Under the pieces are notes generated by a model. The model did no database searches and was not told the DNA's origin. It saw nothing but the letters and a program-made list of their open reading frames with translations. A stretch of 24,000 nt of DNA from Geminicoccaceae bacterium. GTDB taxonomy: Bacteria; Pseudomonadota; Alphaproteobacteria; Geminicoccales; Geminicoccaceae. Shown in pieces: positions 17,875-24,000 of the stretch (position 1 is its first letter; each line of letters starts with the position of its first letter). A program made the translations under genes and the position numbers. Location: contig JAXMCJ010000045.1 of assembly GCA_046349415.1 (NCBI GenBank), positions 6,918 to 30,917 on the forward strand, given 5' to 3'.

Positions 17875-18550
17875 CCTGGTCGTCGAGCTGGTCGGGCCGG
17901 CCCGACAGGACGACCTGGCCGCGGTCCATGATGGCCAGACGATCGGCCAGACCGCGCGCGAAGTCGAGATATTGCTCGACCAAGAGGATCGCCATCTGGC
18001 CCTGCGCGCGCAGCAGCTCGAGCACGCGGCCGATGTCCTTGATGATCGAGGGCTGGATGCCTTCCGTGGGCTCGTCCAGCACCAGCAGCCGGGGTTTCAT
18101 GATCAGAGCGCGGCCGATCGCCAGCTGCTGCTGCTGGCCGCCGGACAGGTCGCCGCCGCGCCGGCGCAGCATGGTCTTGAGGATCGGGAACAGCTCGAAG
18201 ATGTGCTCGGGGATCTTGCGCTCCGGGCGCGGCAGGACACCGAAGCCGGTCTGCAGGTTCTCCTCGACGGTGAGCAGCGGGAAGATCTCGCGGCCCTGCG
18301 GCACCAGCGCAATACCGCGCCGGGCGCGCTCGACCGTCGACAGGCCGGTGATGTCCTGGCCGTCCCACTCGATGCGGCCGCCTGAGGGCCGGACCTGGCC
18401 CACCACCGCCCGCAACGTGCTGGTCTTGCCGACGCCGTTGCGGCCCAGCACGCAGGTGATCTCGCCCGCCACCGCATTCAGCGAGACGCGCCACAGGGCC
18501 TGGCTGGCGCCGTAGTGGAGATCGATGCCGTCCACCTTCAGCATGGTCAT
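17849..18550 (-). CDS. urtE: Urea ABC transporter ATP-binding protein UrtE
   Basis: MTMLKVDGIDLHYGASQALWRVSL...GRNGVGKTS...LSGGQQQQLAIGRAL; 233 aa, with an ATGA overlap onto urtD. Confidence 0.9.
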   Translation of the reverse strand: MTMLKVDGIDLHYGASQALWRVSLNAVAGEITCVLGRNGVGKTSTLRAVVGQVRPSGGRIEWDGQDITGLSTVERARRGIALVPQGREIFPLLTVEENLQTGFGVLPRPERKIPEHIFELFPILKTMLRRRGGDLSGGQQQQLAIGRALIMKPRLLVLDEPTEGIQPSIIKDIGRVLELLRAQGQMAILLVEQYLDFARGLADRLAIMDRGQVVLSGRPDQLDDQDVRRYLTV

Positions 18551-19323
18551 CGCCCCAGATAGACCTCGATGACCCGCTCGTCGTTCTGCACCTGGTCCAG
18601 ATTGCCCTCCGCCAGCACCGAGCCCTCGTGCAGCACGGTGACCTTGGAGTTCAGCCCGCGCACGAAATCCATGTCGTGCTCGACCACGACCACCGAATGG
18701 CTCCTATTGATCTCGCGCAGGAGCTCGCCCGTGCTCTCGGTCTCGGCGTCGGTCATCCCGGCCACCGGCTCGTCGACCAGCAGCAGCTCCGGGTCCTGCA
18801 CCAGCAACATGCCGATCTCCAGCCACTGCTTCTGGCCGTGGCTGAGCTCGCCGGCCAAGCGCCGGGCGGAATCCCTAAGCCGCACTGTGGACAGGACTCG
18901 GTCGATCCGGTCGCGCTGCTCGCCCGACAGGCCGAAGAACAGGGAGCGCCAGAGATCGCGCTCGCCCTTGAGCGCTAGCTCGAGGTTGGTCCAGACGGTG
19001 TGGCTCTCGAACACGGTGGGCTTCTGGAACTTGCGGCCGATGCCGAGCCGGGCGATGTCGGCCTCGTCGTGGCGGGTCAGGTCGACATCCTCGCGGAACA
19101 GGACGGTACCCTTGTCGGGCCGCGTCTTGCCAGTGATGACGTCCATCATCGTGGTCTTGCCGGCCCCGTTCGGGCCGATGATCGCCCGCATCTCTCCCTT
19201 ATCGAGATAGAGCGACAGATCGTTGAGTGCCTTGAACCCGTCGAAGCTGACCGATACGCCGTCGAGATAGAGGATCGTGCCGGGGGCGCGGCCGTCGTGC
19301 ACGGTCTCGGTGACGACACTCAT
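18547..19323 (-). CDS. urtD: Urea ABC transporter ATP-binding protein UrtD
   Basis: MSVVTETVHDGRAPGTILYLDGVSVSFDGFKALNDLSL...GPNGAGKTT...LSHGQKQWLEIGM. The ATG at 19323 overlaps the urtC stop (ATGA). The upstream part of the 584-aa ORF is an out-of-frame read of urtC. Confidence 0.9.
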   Translation of the reverse strand: MSVVTETVHDGRAPGTILYLDGVSVSFDGFKALNDLSLYLDKGEMRAIIGPNGAGKTTMMDVITGKTRPDKGTVLFREDVDLTRHDEADIARLGIGRKFQKPTVFESHTVWTNLELALKGERDLWRSLFFGLSGEQRDRIDRVLSTVRLRDSARRLAGELSHGQKQWLEIGMLLVQDPELLLVDEPVAGMTDAETESTGELLREINRSHSVVVVEHDMDFVRGLNSKVTVLHEGSVLAEGNLDQVQNDERVIEVYLGR

Positions 19324-20450
19324 CCCTTGACCCCCTGCCCCGCGGCCAACGTCGGGGCGATGCGCGCGGGCGGGCGGCGCTTGCTCAAGAGCCCTGTCAG
19401 CAGGCCGGCGATGCCCTTGGGCAGGAACAGCGTCGTGGCGATAAATAAGGCACCGAGCGCGTACAACCACAGCTCGGGGAAGCTGCCGGTGAGCCAAGAC
19501 TTGATGGCGTTGACGCCGACGCCGCCGAGGATCGCACCCCAGAGCGTGCCGCGGCCGCCGAAGGCGACCCAGATCACGGCCTCGATCGAGTTGGCGGGCG
19601 CGAACTCGCTGGGGTTGATGATGCCCGCCTGGGGGACGTAGAGGGCGCCGCCGATGCCGGCGAGCATGGCCGAGAAGGTCCAGACGAACAGCTTGTAGTG
19701 CTCGACGCGGTAGCCGCAGAAGCGGGTGCGGCTCTCGGCGTCGCGGATCGCCACCAGCACCTTGCCGGTGCGCGAGCCGACGATGAAGGCGCAGACGGCA
19801 AAGCCCAGGGCCAGCGCCACGGCGGTGGCGGCGAACAGGGCCGCGCGCGTGCCGGCGGCCTGGATGTCGAAGCCCAGGATGTCCTTGAAGTCGGTCAAGC
19901 CGTTGTTGCCGCCGAAGCCCATGTCGTTGCGGAAGAAGGCGAGCAGGAGCGCGAAGGTCATGGCCTGGGTGATGATCGACAGGTAGACGCCGGTGACCCG
20001 GCTGCGGAAGGCGAACCAGCCGAAGACGAAGGCGAGTGCCCCCGGCACCAGGACGATCATCAGGGCGGCGAACCAGAACATGTCGAAGCCGTGCCAGTAC
20101 CAGGGCAGCTCCTGCCAGTTCAGGAACACCATGAAGTCCGGCAGCTCGGGATTGGCGTAGACGCCGCGGGCACCGATCTGGCGCATCAGGTACATACCCA
20201 TGGCGTAGCCGCCCAGCGCGAAGAAGGCGCCGTGGCCGAGGCTCAGGATGCCGCAATAGCCCCAGACCAGATCGAGGCTCAGCGCCAGTATCGCGAAGCA
20301 CAGATACTTGCCGAGCAGCGAGACCATGTAGGTCGGCACGTGCCAGGCGCTAGAGGGATCGGTGGCGAGGTTGAGCAGCGGCACCACCACCGCGACCGCC
20401 AGCAGCAGCGGCACGGCGACCCAGGTCGAGGCGGGCAGCGATCGGAGCAT
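19320..20450 (-). CDS. urtC: Urea ABC transporter permease UrtC
   Basis: MLRSLPASTWVAVPLLLAVAVVVPLLN...; 376 aa, a LivM-type permease. The ATG at 20450 overlaps the urtB stop (ATGA). Confidence 0.9.
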   Translation of the reverse strand: MLRSLPASTWVAVPLLLAVAVVVPLLNLATDPSSAWHVPTYMVSLLGKYLCFAILALSLDLVWGYCGILSLGHGAFFALGGYAMGMYLMRQIGARGVYANPELPDFMVFLNWQELPWYWHGFDMFWFAALMIVLVPGALAFVFGWFAFRSRVTGVYLSIITQAMTFALLLAFFRNDMGFGGNNGLTDFKDILGFDIQAAGTRAALFAATAVALALGFAVCAFIVGSRTGKVLVAIRDAESRTRFCGYRVEHYKLFVWTFSAMLAGIGGALYVPQAGIINPSEFAPANSIEAVIWVAFGGRGTLWGAILGGVGVNAIKSWLTGSFPELWLYALGALFIATTLFLPKGIAGLLTGLLSKRRPPARIAPTLAAGQGVKG

Positions 20451-22057
20451 CAGGCCTCCACGGCCCGGCCCTTCAGGGCGAACAGGCCCCGCGGCCGCTT
20501 CTGGATGAACAGGATGATGGCGACGAGCACGAGGATCTTGCCGAGCACCGCACCGACCGTGGGCTCGAGCAGCTTGTTGACGATGCCCAGCGTGAAGGCG
20601 CCGGTGAAGGTGCCCCAGAGATTGCCGACGCCGCCGAACACCACGACCATGAAGCTGTCGATGATGTAGCTCTGGCCGAGATTGGGGCTGACATTGTCGA
20701 TCTGCGACAGGGCCACGCCAGCGATGCCGGCGACGCCCGAGCCCAGGCCGAAGGTCATGGCGTCGACCCAGGCGGTGCGGATGCCCATGGCCGCCGCCAT
20801 GCGCCGGTTCTGGGTGACGGCGCGCATCTGCAGGCCGAAATGGGTGTAGCGGATCACCGCCAGCAGGGCCGCGAATACCACGAGGCAGAAGATGACGATG
20901 ACCAGCCGGCTCTCGGTGATCGAGAAGCCCATGAGCTCGACCGAGCCGCTCATCCAGGAGGGGGTCGAGACCTCGCGGTTGTTGGGGCCGAAGATGTTGC
21001 GGACCAGCTGCTGCAGGATCAGCGAGACGCCCCAGGTCGCGAGCAGGGTCTCCAGCGGGCGGCCGTAGAGGCGGACGATGACCGTGCGCTCGATCAGCAC
21101 GCCCATGGCCCCAGCCACCAGGAATGCCGCCGGCACGGCGACCAGCAGCGACCATTCCAGGCCGGCCGGGAAGCTGGTGCGGCAGAACTCCTGAATGACG
21201 AAGGTCGTGTAGGCGCCCAGCATGACCATCTCGCCATGCGCCATGTTGATGACGCCCATCACGCCGAAGGTGATGGCGAGGCCGATGGCGGCCAGCAGCA
21301 GGACCGACCCCAGGCTGATGCCGAAGAGGACGTTCTGTGCTGCGGCGATGAGGCTGAGGTGGCGCTCGATCGACGCCGCCGCGGCGGCCGCCGCGTCGTG
21401 CACCGCTGGGGGTGCGGTCTCGGGCACCGCCGTCAGGATGGCCAGCGCTTCGGTGTCGCCACGCGAGCGCAAGGTGTCGATCGCCGCGAGCCTGATCGGG
21501 TCGGCAGCCCCGGGCATCGGCAGCAGGATCGCCGCGCGCGCCTCGTCGAGAGCGCGCTTGACCGTCGGGTCCTGCTCGGCCGCGAAGGCCTGCTCCAGGG
21601 TCGGCAGGGCCGTGACGTCGCGCGAGCGGAACACCGCTTGTGCCGCCTCGAGCCGCCGCTTCGGGTCCGGGCTCATCAGGGTGAGATTGCCGGTCGCCGC
21701 CTCGATCGCCCGCCGAATGCGGTTGTTGACCCGTACCGGCTTGAGGGCGGACGCCATCAGGTCGGCGGGTGCGGCCTCGCCGGTGGCCGCGGCCACCAGG
21801 CTGCCGTCGGCCTGCTTGATGTAGACCTCGCTGCCCCCCGGCTTGAACAGCAGCTCGCCGGCACCGAGCGCGTCGAGGATGGTGGTCGCCCGCGGGCTGC
21901 CGCTGGCGGCGACGGCCGCAATGCCGGCCTCGATGTCGTCGAACTTGGTCGAGCCGAACTTCGCCACCCCCTCGTCCAACGTCTGCGCGGCGACAGGAAG
22001 GACCAAGGCGAGGGCGAGAGCGAAGGCGGCGATCAGGCGGCGCATGCGGGGCGGCAC
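20450..22057 (-). CDS. urtB: Urea ABC transporter permease UrtB (long form with N-terminal periplasmic extension)
   Basis: 535 aa. A signal-like N-terminus and an extension of about 230 aa are followed by a LivH-type permease core (NMAHGEMVMLGAYT...). Confidence 0.9.
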   Translation of the reverse strand: MPPRMRRLIAAFALALALVLPVAAQTLDEGVAKFGSTKFDDIEAGIAAVAASGSPRATTILDALGAGELLFKPGGSEVYIKQADGSLVAAATGEAAPADLMASALKPVRVNNRIRRAIEAATGNLTLMSPDPKRRLEAAQAVFRSRDVTALPTLEQAFAAEQDPTVKRALDEARAAILLPMPGAADPIRLAAIDTLRSRGDTEALAILTAVPETAPPAVHDAAAAAAASIERHLSLIAAAQNVLFGISLGSVLLLAAIGLAITFGVMGVINMAHGEMVMLGAYTTFVIQEFCRTSFPAGLEWSLLVAVPAAFLVAGAMGVLIERTVIVRLYGRPLETLLATWGVSLILQQLVRNIFGPNNREVSTPSWMSGSVELMGFSITESRLVIVIFCLVVFAALLAVIRYTHFGLQMRAVTQNRRMAAAMGIRTAWVDAMTFGLGSGVAGIAGVALSQIDNVSPNLGQSYIIDSFMVVVFGGVGNLWGTFTGAFTLGIVNKLLEPTVGAVLGKILVLVAIILFIQKRPRGLFALKGRAVEA

Positions 22058-22072
22058 TCGTCCGGTAATGGT

Positions 22073-22100
22073 GCCCGGGGCAGCGGACGCTGCCCCGGGC
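22073..22100 (-). other. Perfect 12-bp GC stem-loop between urtA and urtB (intercistronic RNA structure)
   Basis: gcccggggcagc-ggac-gctgccccgggc lies 21 nt after the urtA stop and 15 nt before the urtB start. No U-tract follows. Confidence 0.5.
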
Positions 22101-22121
22101 CGGTCACTGGCGATCGGTGGC

Positions 22122-23417
22122 TCAGCTGCCGCCGGTGCCGCCGCACTTGCCGGTCTTGACGTTGAAGTTGCCGCACGACAGCGGCGCGCGCCAATCCGAG
22201 ATCAGGTCCTTCGAGCCTTCCAGATAGTCCGACCACTCGTCGCCCGGGACCAGGCCCGAGGTCTCGTAGACGGTGTTGAACTGGCCGTCGTCCTGGATCT
22301 CGCCGATCAGCACCGGCTTGGTGATGTGGTGGTTGGGCATCATGGCCGAGAAGCCGCCGGTGAGGTTTGGCACCGCGACGCCGATCATGGCGTCGATCAC
22401 TGCCGCCGGGTCGGTGGTGCCGGCCTTCTCGACTGCCTTCACCCACATGTTGAAGCCGATATAGTGCGCCTCCATCGGGTCGTTGGTGACGCGCTTGTCG
22501 TTCTTGATGAACTTGTGCCACTCGTCGATGAACGCCGCGTTCTCGGGCGTGTCGACGCTCATGAAGTAGTTCCAGGCGGCGAGGTGGCCCAGCAGCGGCT
22601 TGGTGTCGAGGCCGGCCAGCTCCTCCTCGCCAACCGAGAAGGCGACGACCGGGATGTCGGTGGCCTTCACGCCCTGATTGCCCAGCTCCTTGTAGAACGG
22701 CACGTTGGCGTCGCCGTTGATGGTCGAGACCACCGCCGTCTTCTTGCCGGCCGAGCCGAACTTCTTGATGTCGGAGACGATCGTCTGCCAGTCGGAATGG
22801 CCGAACGGCGTGTAGTTGATCATGATGTCCTCAGGAGCCACCCCCTTCTGCTGCAGGTAGGCCTCGAGGATCTTGTTGGTGGTGCGGGGATAGACGTAGT
22901 CGGTGCCGGCCAGGACCCAGCGCTCGACGCCTTCCTCGTTCATCAGGTAGTCGACGGCCGGGATCGCCTGCTGGTTGGGCGCGGCGCCGGTGTAGAACAC
23001 GTTCTTGCTGCTCTCCTCGCCCTCGTACTGGACGGGGTAGAACAGGATGCTGTTGAGCTCCTCGAACACCGGCAGCACCGACTTGCGGCTGACCGAGGTC
23101 CAGCAGCCGAAGGTGGCCACGACCTTGTCCTTCTCGATCAGCTCGCGCGCCTTCTCGGCGAACAGCGGCCAGTTCGAGGCCGGATCGACCACCACCGCCT
23201 CCAGCTTCTTGCCGAGCACGCCGCCCTTCTTGTTCTGCTCGTCGATGAGCATCAGCATGACGTCCTTCAAGGTCGTCTCGCTGATCGCCATGGTGCCGGA
23301 CAGCGAATGCAGGATGCCGACCTTGATCGTGTCGTCCTCCGCGCGGGCGGCTTGCGCGCCCAGGGACAGCGCGGCGAGCAGGCCCAGGGCCGTGAGCGAC
23401 CGGAACCGAAGCTTCAT
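22122..23417 (-). CDS. urtA: Urea ABC transporter substrate-binding protein UrtA
   Basis: MKLRFRSLTALGLLAALSLGAQAARAEDDTIKVGILHSLSGTMAISE...; 431 aa with a Sec signal. The RBS gagg is present. Confidence 0.95.
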   Translation of the reverse strand: MKLRFRSLTALGLLAALSLGAQAARAEDDTIKVGILHSLSGTMAISETTLKDVMLMLIDEQNKKGGVLGKKLEAVVVDPASNWPLFAEKARELIEKDKVVATFGCWTSVSRKSVLPVFEELNSILFYPVQYEGEESSKNVFYTGAAPNQQAIPAVDYLMNEEGVERWVLAGTDYVYPRTTNKILEAYLQQKGVAPEDIMINYTPFGHSDWQTIVSDIKKFGSAGKKTAVVSTINGDANVPFYKELGNQGVKATDIPVVAFSVGEEELAGLDTKPLLGHLAAWNYFMSVDTPENAAFIDEWHKFIKNDKRVTNDPMEAHYIGFNMWVKAVEKAGTTDPAAVIDAMIGVAVPNLTGGFSAMMPNHHITKPVLIGEIQDDGQFNTVYETSGLVPGDEWSDYLEGSKDLISDWRAPLSCGNFNVKTGKCGGTGGS

Positions 23418-23459
23418 CGGGTACCTCGTGCGGAAGTGTTATCGTTGCGGCGCCGGCGC

Positions 23460-23475
23460 AGCGATTTCCGTGCCA
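23460..23475 (-). promoter_or_regulatory. Sigma54 (RpoN) -24/-12 promoter candidate for urtA
   Basis: The minus strand reads TGGCACG-GAAA-TCGCT against the consensus TGGCACG-N4-TTGCW (one mismatch). The predicted TSS is about 32 nt upstream of the urtA ATG. Confidence 0.5.
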
Positions 23476-23650
23476 CGCATGCTGCGCGCCCAGAGCGCCG
23501 ACGGGCCGGCGAGCCACGCCTATATTTTAGGCAATCTCGCGACAATGCCGCTAAAATGCGCTGAGAGTTGCGCCGCTCGGCGCGCTGGCGGATGCGCGGA
23601 GCGGGTGCTACCTCCCTGCGCCAGCGGCACCTCCAGCCTGGACGACGCGC

Positions 23651-23893
23651 TTGCGCCGCATCTGCGCCCCGGCCCTGACGGTCGCCCTCCTCGCCGGCTG
23701 CGCGGCGGGGGGCGAGCCCAAGGTCACCAGCTTCGACGGCTCGATGGTCACCATCGTCCAGCCGCACGCCATCCCGCAGAAGAACGCCAAAGCACTCGCC
23801 GACCGGACCTGCGGCCGGAGGGCGACCCAGCTCAGCAAGCTCTGCACCGACCCCAAATGCGACACGGAGCAGATGGTCTATTGGTGCCGCTGA
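23651..23893 (+). CDS. Small Cys-rich hypothetical lipoprotein
   Basis: 80-aa ORF with a TTG start. The signal MRRICAPALTVALLAGC has an LAGC lipobox. No family was recognised. Confidence 0.45.
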   Translation: MRRICAPALTVALLAGCAAGGEPKVTSFDGSMVTIVQPHAIPQKNAKALADRTCGRRATQLSKLCTDPKCDTEQMVYWCR

Positions 23894-24000
23894 CGGCCGT
23901 GCTCAAGCCCCGCGAGGGATTTGGCCGCTGACGTAGCCAAGCCCGCGATTGACTAAGCCGCCGATGCGCGGCCCAATCGACCCATGTCGGGTCCATTGAA

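Noticed and set aside
18547-21155. 584-aa and 611-aa ORFs suggesting much longer UrtD and UrtC proteins
   Set aside because: The N-terminal parts are out-of-frame readings of the upstream gene. Internal ATGs at 19323 and 20450 give normal-length UrtD and UrtC and form ATGA overlaps with the preceding stop codons.
23497-23525. Possible sigma70-type promoter for the small lipoprotein gene (GCCGAC-N17-CTATAT)
   Set aside because: The -35 match is weak and the motif lies about 120 nt from the TTG start. I cannot distinguish it from chance in this AT-richer spacer, so I did not report it as a feature.
23894-24000. Possible gene start (ATG at 23983) at the right edge of the window
   Set aside because: Only six codons are visible, which gives no basis for a call.

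Overview
GC-rich, alphaproteobacterium-like chromosomal window with three blocks. (1) 1-8856, + strand: a carbohydrate locus with a CUT1-type ABC transporter (two permeases and a Tat-signal binding protein), an FGGY kinase, a glycerol-1-phosphate-dehydrogenase-like Fe-ADH, a SorC regulator, an IolD-like ThDP enzyme and a MOSC protein. The kinase and IolD each carry two single-base frame disruptions; every other gene in the window is intact. (2) 8874-11649, - strand: an acyl-CoA dehydrogenase, a Phd/YefM-PIN (VapBC-like) toxin-antitoxin pair and a Tat-signal cyclase-family protein. (3) 11807-23417, - strand: one contiguous urea cluster, urtABCDE-ureD-ureA-[Uma2 nuclease, opposite strand]-ureB-ureC-[DUF559 nuclease]-ureE-ureF-ureG, with a good sigma54 -24/-12 motif upstream of urtA. 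Seven copies of a REP-like palindromic unit (23-nt core cccccaccccggccctcccccgc) lie at gene junctions of the minus-strand blocks. Inverted copies bracket the DUF559 gene, and the repeats are read through in frame into UreE and into the longest UreD ORF. I saw no rRNA, tRNA or CRISPR. I do not see a convincing new multi-gene system. The most unusual items are the repeat-bracketed DUF559 cassette fused in frame to UreE, the two orphan PD-(D/E)XK-type nuclease genes inside the urease operon, and the doubly frameshifted catabolic genes. Protein family calls rest on motif recognition in the supplied translations, not on database searches.
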